DNA of 64,000 nucleotides from Eubacteriales bacterium. GTDB lineage: Bacteria > Bacillota > Clostridia > Oscillospirales > CAG-272. Within the stretch, counting starts at the first letter, position 1, and each line of letters opens with the position of its first letter. The stretch spans positions 56,474 through 120,473 of the forward strand of contig JAZRDO010000005.1 in the NCBI GenBank assembly GCA_045660325.1, given 5' to 3'. Below, in pieces: positions 46,009 to 55,979 of this stretch. Under the pieces are notes generated by a model. That model had not been told where the DNA came from. It searched no databases and saw nothing but the letters and a program-made list of their open reading frames with translations. Made by a program: the position numbers and the translations under genes.

Positions 46009-48054
46009 TTAATTTGCCGCAAACCAACCGTATTTAATATCATCAGCATGGGAATAAAAGCTCGGCAATCCCCCGTTTGATCTGTCATAGCTTAGCTTTT
46101 TTACTCCGTCAGGAACTGTAAAGCTCTTGCTACGAGCCCTATAATAATCAAGCGAGTATATTTTCGATAAAATATCGTTCCAAATCGTTATTGTAGGATT
46201 ACCGAGGGCGTCTATCTTCATAGGATATTCGTAACCCATCCAGCATCCGCCTATAACGTCGGGAGTATATCCAACGAAATATCTATCGCAATTTCTCGAC
46301 GTCGTTCCGGTCTTACCCGCAACCTCAATTTTATCAGTAAGAGTTATCTTATTTTTCGCCGTTCCGTTATTAACGACCCCGCAAAGGAGCTTGGTCATTA
46401 TAAATGCGCTTTCAAACGAAATTGCTCTCTCCTGAGCTTCCGTATTATCCAAAAGTATATTTCCATCCGCATCAAGCACCTTATAATATGAACGCGGCTT
46501 TTTATATACTCCGTTCTCAAATATCGTATATCCTGCGGTAAGCTCCTTCAAGGTAACTCCTCTTTTATGCTGACCCAAAGCCAGGGATGACTCGCAACTG
46601 TCCCCTATATCATAGGTACTTTCTTCAAAGAGACTTTCAAAATGCAGCCTACTTTTTAAAAAGATAAAGCTGTTTTTCACACCAAGATCATTCAGCACCC
46701 TGACGCTTACGGTATTCAATGAATTAGCAATCGCGTACTCAATATCAACGTCACCAAGATATCTTTGATTTGCATTTTGCGGCCATTCCCTACCGTTAAC
46801 TATCTTTATCGGCTCGTCCAAATAAATACTTGACCATTTGATTATCTTTCTATCTATCGCAGGAGCATATACGGACAAAGGCTTTATTGCCGACCCTGAC
46901 GGTCTATGCGAGCCCGTGGCAAAATTCAAAATTCTGTTTCCGCGCTTCTCTCCAACGTCTCCTGCAACCGCCAAAATGTCACCCGTTTTACTGTCAATCA
47001 AAATAAACGAGGATTTTAAACCGTTCTTACCCTTGAATACTTCAAAATCAGACAAATTCCGATAATATTCTTCAACTATTCTTTGCGCGTCTACATCCAT
47101 TGCCGTATATATATTAAGGCCCCCGTTGTAAACTATATTTGATGCTATATCACGGTCAATATTAAACGTTTCCGTAAGATCGCAAATTACGTCATCTATT
47201 ACCATATCGGTGTACCAAGAATTGATTTTTTGTTTTTCTCGGATATTAATTGAAAGATCTATATCTTGATTGACTGCTATATTGTATTCTTCCTCCGTGA
47301 TATAGGATTGCTCCCTCATGCATTTTAAAATAAGATCACGACGGCGGCGGGTATTATCAATGTTTTTTACAGGATCATAATAGGAAGGATTATTTGTAAT
47401 TGCCGCTATGGTAGCGCACTCCGATAAGGTCAAATCTGCAATATCCTTTGAAAAATAAAATCTTGATGCAGCGCCTACTCCACGACATTTGTTTCCAAGA
47501 TTAATAATATTCAGATACATACAAATGATCTCATCCTTTGTATAGCTTTTTTCAAGATTTCTCGCATAAAAAATTTCTTTTATCTTTCTATCAAGATTTT
47601 TTTGCGAGTTGCCCGTAATATTTTTTACGAGCTGCTGGGTTATACTTGAACCGCCAAAGCTTGAGCTTCTTTTTATAATATAATTAAAGCCAGCCTTCGC
47701 CGTTCGCAAAAGATCTACGCCCTGATGCTTATAAAATCTCTTATCCTCAATTGAAATAAATGCATTTATCAGATCCCTCGGTACGTTTTCAAGTTCAACG
47801 GGCTCAAAGCTTTCTCTTGCTTCAACGAAAAAGGTCTCGAGTCTGTACAATCTTCCTCGCCTACTCTCACGATCGTAAAAATCATACGCGTAAAGCTCCG
47901 CCCTTCCGCTTTTCATCTGCGCCTTTATAATTTTTTCATCAATTTCTATATTCTTGTACTGTCTTAAAAATACATAAGATGCACCCAACGCCACCGTTGA
48001 CAACACACTTGCTATTGTAATGCTGATCAATATAAATTTAAATAATCCTTTCAT
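46009..48054 (-). CDS. Class A penicillin-binding protein (glycosyltransferase 51 plus transpeptidase)
   Basis: 681 aa. N-terminal TM segment, GT51 motifs ISIEDKRFYKHQGVD and GGSSITQQLVKN. Transpeptidase region with SGSAIKP (SxxK) and KTGTT. Confidence 0.88.
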   Translation of the reverse strand: MKGLFKFILISITIASVLSTVALGASYVFLRQYKNIEIDEKIIKAQMKSGRAELYAYDFYDRESRRGRLYRLETFFVEARESFEPVELENVPRDLINAFISIEDKRFYKHQGVDLLRTAKAGFNYIIKRSSSFGGSSITQQLVKNITGNSQKNLDRKIKEIFYARNLEKSYTKDEIICMYLNIINLGNKCRGVGAASRFYFSKDIADLTLSECATIAAITNNPSYYDPVKNIDNTRRRRDLILKCMREQSYITEEEYNIAVNQDIDLSINIREKQKINSWYTDMVIDDVICDLTETFNIDRDIASNIVYNGGLNIYTAMDVDAQRIVEEYYRNLSDFEVFKGKNGLKSSFILIDSKTGDILAVAGDVGEKRGNRILNFATGSHRPSGSAIKPLSVYAPAIDRKIIKWSSIYLDEPIKIVNGREWPQNANQRYLGDVDIEYAIANSLNTVSVRVLNDLGVKNSFIFLKSRLHFESLFEESTYDIGDSCESSLALGQHKRGVTLKELTAGYTIFENGVYKKPRSYYKVLDADGNILLDNTEAQERAISFESAFIMTKLLCGVVNNGTAKNKITLTDKIEVAGKTGTTSRNCDRYFVGYTPDVIGGCWMGYEYPMKIDALGNPTITIWNDILSKIYSLDYYRARSKSFTVPDGVKKLSYDRSNGGLPSFYSHADDIKYGWFAAN

Positions 48055-48140
48055 TTGCGCACCCCTGAATAATTTTTCTCTATTTATAGTGCGCCGAATT
48101 ATACTTTTAATGTTAGTATATTGAATGCAAAATTACAAAA

Positions 48141-48180
48141 AAATACTGCTGCAATTAAATTTTGCAACAGTATTTATTTG
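48141..48180 (-). terminator. Terminator after the metallophosphoesterase gene
   Basis: Minus strand ATACTGTTGC ... GCAGCAGTAT (one mismatch) followed by TTTTTTT. Confidence 0.65.
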
Positions 48181-48914
48181 CTTTTTATTTTCAGAAGAAG
48201 AATTTCTCTCGGATTAAAAAATCTTGGTATTGGCTTTTGCGGATTTGACGCGCCGGCAGAAACTATAAGCCGTTTTTCATATATTCCCGACGAATATTTC
48301 GGAAAAAGACCTTGATCGGGGGCATAAATTCCGCGATTAAATAGCTTCCACTGACCGCCGTGAGTATGTCCCGAAATCATTATATCAAAATCAAAATTTT
48401 TATATTTATCATAATATTCGGGCTGATGAGCAATTAAGATCTTATATCCGTCAAGCTCTGAAAATTCAGTCAAAAGCTCTGTATCAAATGGCTCGTATTT
48501 CGGCATTATTCCACATATTGAAAGATTATCAATCGATATGAATTCGTTATTTAAAAGAGTAACTCCCGCTTCTTTGATTCTTTTAAGATTTTCTTTGGAA
48601 GCATATTCCTCACTTACGGGATTTGTTCGCATCTCTCTATGCGAACCGAATCTTTCATGGTTTCCAAAGGTATAATAGGTCGGAGAAATTTCTGCAAGCT
48701 TTGAAAGAAATTCAATTCCGCGCTCATTTTTTAAATCGTAAGAGCCATCAAGTCGCTCAAGCATATCTCCCGCGCAGATGATCATATCAGCGCCGGTCTT
48801 AATTACCGCCGAAAGACAATCCTCACTCGGCAACGAATGCAGATCGGAGACAACGCAAATTGTGAGATCAATATTCTTTTTTTCTGTTTCAATAAAATAT
48901 TCCCTAATTTTCAT
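48174..48914 (-). CDS. Metallophosphoesterase (calcineurin-like)
   Basis: VVSDLHS, AGDM, GNHE and GHTHGG metal-binding motifs in canonical order. RBS AAAGGAGGAG. Confidence 0.85.
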   Translation of the reverse strand: MKIREYFIETEKKNIDLTICVVSDLHSLPSEDCLSAVIKTGADMIICAGDMLERLDGSYDLKNERGIEFLSKLAEISPTYYTFGNHERFGSHREMRTNPVSEEYASKENLKRIKEAGVTLLNNEFISIDNLSICGIMPKYEPFDTELLTEFSELDGYKILIAHQPEYYDKYKNFDFDIMISGHTHGGQWKLFNRGIYAPDQGLFPKYSSGIYEKRLIVSAGASNPQKPIPRFFNPREILLLKIKSK

Positions 48915-49005
48915 TCGTCTCCTCCTTTCCGCTTTCTAAAAAACAGTATATCTTTGAGAAATCAATTGAAAAGCACGGCAAATTGTGTAAACCGTGCTTT
49001 TCTAT

Positions 49006-49470
49006 TTATATATTTCCCTTTTCCTCTAAAAATTCGTGCAGAATACGAGCCGCATATTCGATCTGCTCGCCGCAGGGACGCTTTTTATAGTACTCGGGAG
49101 TTCTTGCTTCAGGCAACGCCCCATCCGTTTTGGGCACACCCGCCAAAAGCTCACGGCAAACGATCGAGCCGTATTTTTCCTTAAAAGTCGCTGCAAGCTC
49201 CTGAATTTCACTGTAAAGTCGCTTTTTACCTTCATAATCCTCGGGTAGATAATACCCTCTTAAATACCCAAGAACGATATACATACCGCTGACCGCACCG
49301 CAAACCTCACGTAGTCTACCCATACCTCCGCCAAATGACGAGGACATTTTCAAGAGCGTAATCTTATCGAGTCCAATTTCATCGGCAAAGGAAAGAACAA
49401 CAGCCTGCGAGCAATTGTACCCCTCAAGAAAGTAGTTCTTAGCAACAAGGCCTCTTTCAATAGAAGTCAT
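49006..49470 (-). CDS. C_GCAxxG_C_C family protein
   Basis: Start moved to the ATG at 49468-49470 (MTSIERG, AGGGGA RBS); the ORF-track start is a TTG. YNCSQAV and VCGAVSG motifs plus a C-terminal Cys. Confidence 0.8.
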   Translation of the reverse strand: MTSIERGLVAKNYFLEGYNCSQAVVLSFADEIGLDKITLLKMSSSFGGGMGRLREVCGAVSGMYIVLGYLRGYYLPEDYEGKKRLYSEIQELAATFKEKYGSIVCRELLAGVPKTDGALPEARTPEYYKKRPCGEQIEYAARILHEFLEEKGNI

Positions 49471-49487
49471 AATACTATCCCCTATTA

Positions 49488-52070
49488 TCAACCGACGGTA
49501 ATTCGGTAATTACCCGAACCAAGGCATCTTTCGTAAATTTCATCCCCGGCGGAATCCGTGATCTTACAGTTAGGAATCTTAACTACACACGTTGTATTGG
49601 CAGGAACTGAAAGCTTATATCTTCTCTTATATTCGTTGCCCTTTCTCGCTACCTTGATCTTACCTGCGGCAGTTTCAAACACAACGTCGAAGGCGCGAAC
49701 GGAATCAATTATCTTGGGCGAGAATTCAAACTCGGAATAACCGGGCTTAATCGGCTTTATACCTGCAATATGAGAATAGCAAATATTAAGGAATGCTCCG
49801 TGCATAGGATGATTGTACGAAGAAACCGAAAGGTCCTTAGGCATTGCGGAATGCATAGTAAGATCCTCCCAAATGCTCGTTGCTCCGTCATCAAGCATAG
49901 TCGCAAAGCTCGGAAAGTCCTTATTAAACAGGAACGACATTGCAATATCACCGTATCCGCCGTCAATAAGCGCAGGAACAAGATGCTTATTACCGTAAAT
50001 TCCCGTATGCATACGGAATTCCTCTTTTTCAATTCGATCTACAAGCGTGAACAGTATATCTCTATAAAATTCCTTCGGATATATACCAAGATTGAGAGCC
50101 GCGCCATCAGTACCGAAATATCCGTATGTATGATTTTCATAATCGAAGAAATGACGGTTAAAGGACTCCTTCACCTTTTCGGCGATGTCTTTGTAATAAT
50201 TGGGATCTCCGAGCCCAAGATCACGACAAAGCTCCTCCATGATAATGGCATTTTCATAAAGCTGAAGCGTGCTTGAGTGCTCAACAGGCATTCTTCTCGG
50301 GTCATATCTACCAACAGGAGGCTTCCAGTCGCCAAGACCCTCGCTTATTACGAAATCATCCGATCGATCAAGCTCATGCTGGAACCATTCCTGCATAAGA
50401 TCAAAGTTATTTCTAACGGCAGAGGTAATTCCACAATATTTATAAAGATTATACGGAATAATGATCTGAGCACAGCCCCAAAGAGGTGTCGCATCACCGC
50501 AAAGACGCTTACCGGGTGCGATCTGCGGCCACGTTCCGTAAATCTCCTTCGAGGTTCTGATATCGTCAAGATACTTCTCATACGAGGATGCCGTATCAAA
50601 GGTCATAAGCGCATAATCGGAAACAAGCTGAGCATCACCGAGCCAGCCGCACTTCTCTCTAACAGGACAATCCTCGGGGAAGCCGTGATAATTAGAACGG
50701 AAGGTGTTATCCATTACGTCCATAAGACGGGTCAAATAATTATTAGACGACGTAAACGAGCTTGTCTTTCGGAAATCGGTTGAAAGCGCCAAGCCCTTAA
50801 CGATTGAAGGCCACGGTACTGTTCCGTAACCGTTCGTCAAATCATAGAAGCCCGTAATTTCAACGTATCTGAAGCCGTGATAAGTAAGTCTCGGCGTATA
50901 TACCTCGCCTTCAATATCACCGCGACAAATATAAATATCCTGCTGAATACACTGAGTAGCCATACTTCCAACCGAGCGCATATCGAGCGCGCCACCCTCA
51001 TCGAGCGTTTCCGCATATCTAAACACGTAAACACATCCGCGGGGAGCGTGAGGAAGATGGAACTCAACGGTACCTGCAATGTTTTCTCCCAAGTCAAAGA
51101 TCCACGCGCCGTCCTTTGCGCCACTTACTGCGCGAACGCTCTTGGTCTCAACCTCGCGTACAACTCTTACAGGCGGGAAAAGTGCAGGCTTCAAATCGCC
51201 CTTGGGTGTAGTATCCTCTATAACGTAATTCCATCTGTTTTCGCTGCTGTCATACTCTGCAAAATCGGGGATCTCAAGACGGCAGTCGTAAGCCTCGCCC
51301 TCATAGAAATTATTGAGAGTTATCGGGCTGTAAACGTATTTCCAGTCGCGAGTATTTGATGTAATTATCTTCTTTTCTCCGTTCTGGAAGGTTACCTCTA
51401 CAAATATCTTTGCACAAACGTCTCCGTAAGAAAGACCGAGGTATCCCCACACGCAGCTCTGAGAATAAAAGCCCTCACCGAGAAGCACCGCAATCGCGTT
51501 TCCACCCTCGGAAAGCATCTTAGTCAAGTCGTATCGTCTGTAATATACTGTCTTTTCATAATTCGTAAAAGGAGGCTCGATAAAATAATCGTCAGTTCTC
51601 TTTCCGTTTACGTAATACTCGGCGCAACCAAGACCTGAGGCGTACATAACAGCCTTCTTTATCTTGCCTTTAAGTAAAAACTTAGTACGGAGATAGGGTG
51701 CCCAGCTTACGATATGATCTGCAGGCTTGATCCATACAGCATCTCCCCATTCGTCGGGTAGGATCTCAGTGGATGTATTGATAGTACCTATCGTAGTATT
51801 ACCGTAATGATCCCAAGCGGTAACCTTGATCTTGATATCAGTCTTAGATGGCAAAACCAATCCGTCAAATGAAATATCATAAGACCTTGTAGACCACACT
51901 ACTCCCGTATCAAAATAAACGTCGTTACCCGTAATGATCTCGATCTTGTACGACGTCTGATACGTTCTGCTTGTATCGGATTTAAGCTTCCAACCAAATC
52001 TTAAACCACGTGTCGGAATTATATCGGGGTCACAAACATTATTAACTGAAATATCGTAAATTTTCAGCAT
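49488..52070 (-). CDS. Alpha-L-rhamnosidase (GH78), no signal peptide
   Basis: Start moved to MLKIYDISV (ATG 52068-52070, RBS AAGGAG). GH78-type block FPEDCPVREKCGWLGDAQL and the multi-domain length. Confidence 0.85.
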   Translation of the reverse strand: MLKIYDISVNNVCDPDIIPTRGLRFGWKLKSDTSRTYQTSYKIEIITGNDVYFDTGVVWSTRSYDISFDGLVLPSKTDIKIKVTAWDHYGNTTIGTINTSTEILPDEWGDAVWIKPADHIVSWAPYLRTKFLLKGKIKKAVMYASGLGCAEYYVNGKRTDDYFIEPPFTNYEKTVYYRRYDLTKMLSEGGNAIAVLLGEGFYSQSCVWGYLGLSYGDVCAKIFVEVTFQNGEKKIITSNTRDWKYVYSPITLNNFYEGEAYDCRLEIPDFAEYDSSENRWNYVIEDTTPKGDLKPALFPPVRVVREVETKSVRAVSGAKDGAWIFDLGENIAGTVEFHLPHAPRGCVYVFRYAETLDEGGALDMRSVGSMATQCIQQDIYICRGDIEGEVYTPRLTYHGFRYVEITGFYDLTNGYGTVPWPSIVKGLALSTDFRKTSSFTSSNNYLTRLMDVMDNTFRSNYHGFPEDCPVREKCGWLGDAQLVSDYALMTFDTASSYEKYLDDIRTSKEIYGTWPQIAPGKRLCGDATPLWGCAQIIIPYNLYKYCGITSAVRNNFDLMQEWFQHELDRSDDFVISEGLGDWKPPVGRYDPRRMPVEHSSTLQLYENAIIMEELCRDLGLGDPNYYKDIAEKVKESFNRHFFDYENHTYGYFGTDGAALNLGIYPKEFYRDILFTLVDRIEKEEFRMHTGIYGNKHLVPALIDGGYGDIAMSFLFNKDFPSFATMLDDGATSIWEDLTMHSAMPKDLSVSSYNHPMHGAFLNICYSHIAGIKPIKPGYSEFEFSPKIIDSVRAFDVVFETAAGKIKVARKGNEYKRRYKLSVPANTTCVVKIPNCKITDSAGDEIYERCLGSGNYRITVG

Positions 52071-52117
52071 AATAATTCTCCTTTTCAAATAGCCCTTCGG
52101 CCATAGATTTCTACTTA

Positions 52118-52165
52118 TATTCTAACAAATAAATCCATATAAGTCAATGGATTTATTTGCTTTTT
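52118..52165. terminator. Stem-loop at the comEC 3' end (probable terminator)
   Basis: 13-bp stem CAAATAAATCCAT (52126-38) / ATGGATTTATTTG (52147-59). The T-run is clear only on the plus strand. Confidence 0.5.
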
Positions 52166-54462
52166 GTAAAGAAAAGACTTTTATTTTTGGAATTTATCCA
52201 TATTGGAGTTGCATCTTCAAGATTTGTTGCATCAAAATATGCGGCTGTATTTTCATCGGGAATGATTATTTCAACCGCTTGATTCCCTTTACCAATAAAA
52301 TAATATTCCTTAATTTTAGGACCGCGAGCACCTGCTATAAGATAGTCCGATCCGTTTATGATCTCGGAATACTTATCCGCTTCCTTGCATTCCGTAAATG
52401 CGGGAGAAAAATAAGTCATAATATCGTGATCACACTCAATACTTAGAATGGATATCGGAACGGCAGATCTTTCAATATAGCTTTGATTAAGTGTAACCGT
52501 CACGTCCATAGGAGTCTTCAACGCATTCCCTAAATCAAACATTTTAACCTTAACACCGTTTAACTCCGCGACGTCAAGAATGGATATCATCCTGTAATAT
52601 GAATCCTCATCCACGGGATTCGGAATCCATAGCTCTCTTACTATTCGTGATTTAAATACCCTTGAAAGCGTTGAAATATGTGCAGTGTGAAAATCAGTAA
52701 GCATTATTACGTCTATATCGTCATCCCGACTCTCATCAACCGCCCACAAAGCGAGAGAATACGCGTTCCTGCTTCCGTTAGACAAATCGCAAATTACCGT
52801 ATCTCCGTTATTAGTAATTACTATCATATCGCTGTTGGAGGATGTATTAAGATAAGTTGCGGTTACCTTGTCAGCATTAACAGCATTCACTATGTTTACG
52901 GTTAATACAAAAGCAAAAATAATCGGAACGTATGACAGTAAAACTAAATATTTTCTTTTAAAGTTGAATATCAGAGTTACCAATAATACGATTGCAAATG
53001 CTATCGCAAAATAAATGAGAAAATCGTAATCAAGCGAAAACATAACGTTTTCCTTGTGTGAAATATCGGAGCAAAATTCAAGTGAAAATCCGGCAACCGC
53101 TTTTATAAGTCTTATTAAAAGAGCCGAAGCCTGAGGAAGCATATATACAAACGGCAAGGAAAGTGAAAATACAATGATGCATGTCATCGGAATTGATAAA
53201 ACTGCGGAGGAAAGTAATGAATAAATGGAATATTCCTTAGTGAAGACACATATTACAAGAACGAGACCAAGCATAGCACATATAGACGTAGTGAAAAGTC
53301 CGATAATATATGACAAACACCTTTTAAAAATACGCCTTATCTTATTCTTTGAATCAATTTTCTCAAGTAATTCTTCAAAGATCGGAATAAAAACCAAAAT
53401 TCCAAACGTGGCGGAAAATGACATCCAAAATCCTATATCCAAAGCCGTCACGGGAGAGCTTATCAGCATTATGGCACCCGCAAAGGATAAATTTGTAAGC
53501 GGGTCCGTTTCATACGAAAGTAGCATCGCAATATACACGTATAATAGCATAATTACTGATCTTGTCGCAGAAATCGAAAAGCCCGTCAAAGAAAGATAAA
53601 ACATAGACGTCATAATTAGAATTAGCGCCCTGATTTTCTTTGGAACGTACAGCTTCTTCAGCGCAAAGGCAATAGTTCCCATTATTATGGACATATGTAA
53701 TCCGCTAAGCGCCAAGAAATGCGAAGCGCCGCTTCGTCGGAAATCTCTGACGGTTGTGTCCGAAAGCTCGGACTTGTTGCCAAGCAATAGCGCAGAAGCA
53801 AGATTTCCCTCCTCGCCGCCGATCGCATCTCGAAGCCTATAGGACAATTTAAAATTAAGCTTGCTCAACATAACGCGAAGATTTTTAACGTCGGTATCTA
53901 TTATCTCATAAAATTCCTCGCCTGCGGACTCAAAGGATAAATAATAGCCACCTGAAAGCTTGTCCTGCTTTTGAGCATATCCGTTCAAATTACTTTCAAA
54001 GTCAGCTGCAAGCACCTTTGCCTTTATTCTATTGCCAGGGCGAGCATCCGAAGTATAGGAGCATTGAAGCATAGCAATATAATTCTTCTTTTCTCCATTT
54101 ACTTTCTCGACCTTAATTGTATATCCGGAAAGATTGCTGCTATTGTACTGCTCGTCAAGGATTACTCCCTCAATCAAAACCTCACGCCCAATGATCTCGC
54201 GTGCATTTGCATACTTTACATCAAGATGAATATAAGATGATATGCAGGAGAATACGATTGAAAAGCAAAACATAACGGCAATAATAGCTTTGCCCCAGCT
54301 TTTTCTTTTAAAAAAGTAAAACAACAATGCCAAAATAGCCGAAATTACAAAGATTATTGCAATAATAATCTTAATTATCGGTAAAATAAAAATGGAGACA
54401 GTTGAAAATAAAATAGATAAAATACAGGCAACAAAGAAATATCTTGACCTAAAAATTTCCAT
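52153..54462 (-). CDS. comEC: ComEC/Rec2 family DNA internalisation protein
   Basis: Start moved to MEIFRSRYFF (ATG 54460-54462, RBS AAAGGAGGAG). Competence-domain block SGASHFLALSGLHMSII, many TM segments and a C-terminal beta-lactamase-like domain. Confidence 0.85.
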   Translation of the reverse strand: MEIFRSRYFFVACILSILFSTVSIFILPIIKIIIAIIFVISAILALLFYFFKRKSWGKAIIAVMFCFSIVFSCISSYIHLDVKYANAREIIGREVLIEGVILDEQYNSSNLSGYTIKVEKVNGEKKNYIAMLQCSYTSDARPGNRIKAKVLAADFESNLNGYAQKQDKLSGGYYLSFESAGEEFYEIIDTDVKNLRVMLSKLNFKLSYRLRDAIGGEEGNLASALLLGNKSELSDTTVRDFRRSGASHFLALSGLHMSIIMGTIAFALKKLYVPKKIRALILIMTSMFYLSLTGFSISATRSVIMLLYVYIAMLLSYETDPLTNLSFAGAIMLISSPVTALDIGFWMSFSATFGILVFIPIFEELLEKIDSKNKIRRIFKRCLSYIIGLFTTSICAMLGLVLVICVFTKEYSIYSLLSSAVLSIPMTCIIVFSLSLPFVYMLPQASALLIRLIKAVAGFSLEFCSDISHKENVMFSLDYDFLIYFAIAFAIVLLVTLIFNFKRKYLVLLSYVPIIFAFVLTVNIVNAVNADKVTATYLNTSSNSDMIVITNNGDTVICDLSNGSRNAYSLALWAVDESRDDDIDVIMLTDFHTAHISTLSRVFKSRIVRELWIPNPVDEDSYYRMISILDVAELNGVKVKMFDLGNALKTPMDVTVTLNQSYIERSAVPISILSIECDHDIMTYFSPAFTECKEADKYSEIINGSDYLIAGARGPKIKEYYFIGKGNQAVEIIIPDENTAAYFDATNLEDATPIWINSKNKSLFFTKSK

Positions 54463-54540
54463 TTCAACTCCTCCTTTCGGCAAAAAATGTATAAATTGGT
54501 CGCAAAAATTCAATTATTTAAAAATTTTTCGTAAATTTAC

Positions 54541-54569
54541 TTGACAAAAACGGATTTACCATATATAAT
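54541..54569 (+). promoter_or_regulatory. Sigma-A type promoter for the ACP gene
   Basis: TTGACA (54541-54546), 17 nt, TATAAT (54564-54569). Confidence 0.65.
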
Positions 54570-54639
54570 GGTCGTTGGGTTGTGAAAACACAACGACTGA
54601 CTGTTTTGAAATATTAAAATTTGAAAGGAATTTAGTAAT

Positions 54640-54864
54640 ATGTTTGAAAAGGTTAGAGATATCCTCGTTGAGGAATTGCAGATTGATGCTGACGAAATCA
54701 CTCTTGAGGCTGAGCTCTCCGCTGACCTCGGTATCAACTCCATTGAGCTTGCAAATCTCGTTCTCATTTGCGAAGAACAGTTCGATTTAATGATCGAAGA
54801 CGAAGACCTCACAAAGTTCATTACTGTTGGAGATGTTGTTGAATATCTCGAAAAGAACTGCTAA
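54640..54864 (+). CDS. Acyl carrier protein (stand-alone)
   Basis: 74 aa. LGINSIELANLV corresponds to the phosphopantetheine-Ser helix (canonical DSL). RBS GAAAGGAA. Confidence 0.8.
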   Translation: MFEKVRDILVEELQIDADEITLEAELSADLGINSIELANLVLICEEQFDLMIEDEDLTKFITVGDVVEYLEKNC

Positions 54865-54885
54865 TTTTCAAGGTTACATAATTTT

Positions 54886-54915
54886 TAAAACTCCGCTTTC
54901 GCGGAGTTTTTTATT
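54886..54915. terminator. Bidirectional terminator (ACP / ispE)
   Basis: CTCCGC-TTTC-GCGGAG flanked by AAAA and TTTTTT. Confidence 0.85.
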
Positions 54916-55765
54916 TTTCTTCAATTCCCTGCTTTACCGTTTTACAGGCGAATGCGGAGATTCCATTATATGTAAGCTCATCAGCAGCTGAATTCGCCTT
55001 TTCACTGCTATCAAATATTCCAACTATCGCAGGCCCACTACCACTCATAAATGACGTGAGAGCACCTAAGGATATCATTTCCGCCTTCAGATTTTTCGCC
55101 TGTTCTCTTCGAGGAAGAATAACCTGCTCGAAAACGTTATAAATATTATTAGTGGAAAAGCTCTCAAAATCAAGGTCTGTTACTTTATGAGCTTTAAAAT
55201 TATCGTATCTTTCATCAAGCATAGCGTAAGCTGAGGGGGTTGAAACTCCCTCGCCCGATACTGCAATTACGAGATTCAACTCGGGTAAAGACGTTACGTC
55301 CTCAATAATATCCCCGATTCCCGTGATTTTCTTTGTACCTCCGACAAGACAAAACGGCACGTCCGCGCCTATCCTTGCGGCAATTCCGAATATTTCTTTA
55401 TCAGACTTATCTACAACCCCAAGCTTGCAAAGTCCGTATATCACCGCCGCGGCATCAGCGCTTCCACCCGCAAGCCCCGCGGGAGACGGTATTCTCTTTT
55501 GTATTTCAATCCTTATATGCCCCGAATCAACCAAGCGGTCAGCCGCCTTGTATGCAATATTTCTTTCATCATCGGGAATACGCGGATCGTCTGTTTTTAT
55601 CTCTATTTTCTTTTGAACCGAGGGCTCGTAAAAAATAGTAACGTTATCGTGCAGGTCTACGCTTTGCATAAGACTTACTATGTTATGATATCCGTCATCA
55701 CGCTTTGATTCCACGTCAAGAAACAAATTTATCTTTGCATTAGCGACAAGCTCTATATATTTCAC
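54911..55765 (-). CDS. ispE: 4-(cytidine 5'-diphospho)-2-C-methyl-D-erythritol kinase
   Basis: NAKINLFLDV N-terminus and the GHMP-kinase motif PSPAGLAGGSADAAA. A GTG start at 55763-55765 with an AGGAGGG RBS is preferred; the ORF-track ATG at 55810 has no RBS. Confidence 0.88.
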   Translation of the reverse strand: MKYIELVANAKINLFLDVESKRDDGYHNIVSLMQSVDLHDNVTIFYEPSVQKKIEIKTDDPRIPDDERNIAYKAADRLVDSGHIRIEIQKRIPSPAGLAGGSADAAAVIYGLCKLGVVDKSDKEIFGIAARIGADVPFCLVGGTKKITGIGDIIEDVTSLPELNLVIAVSGEGVSTPSAYAMLDERYDNFKAHKVTDLDFESFSTNNIYNVFEQVILPRREQAKNLKAEMISLGALTSFMSGSGPAIVGIFDSSEKANSAADELTYNGISAFACKTVKQGIEEK

Positions 55766-55886
55766 GGTTCCCTCCTGATTAGCGATGTATTTACAATTAT
55801 TATACAACATTTTTCTACAAAAATAAATGAATTATATTTAAATTTTCTTTGCTTTTTTAATATTTTTTTCAATACTCTAAAAACTC

Positions 55887-55915
55887 TTGACTTAATTATG
55901 AAATAAGTATATAAT
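55887..55915 (+). promoter_or_regulatory. Sigma-A type promoter for the AI-2E transporter operon
   Basis: TTGACT (55887-55892), 17 nt, TATAAT (55910-55915). Confidence 0.6.
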
Positions 55916-55979
55916 ATAATATAGACTATAATGCGTTAATTGTACCCGTATCAGCTTTTATAAAGGAGATATTTCTCAT

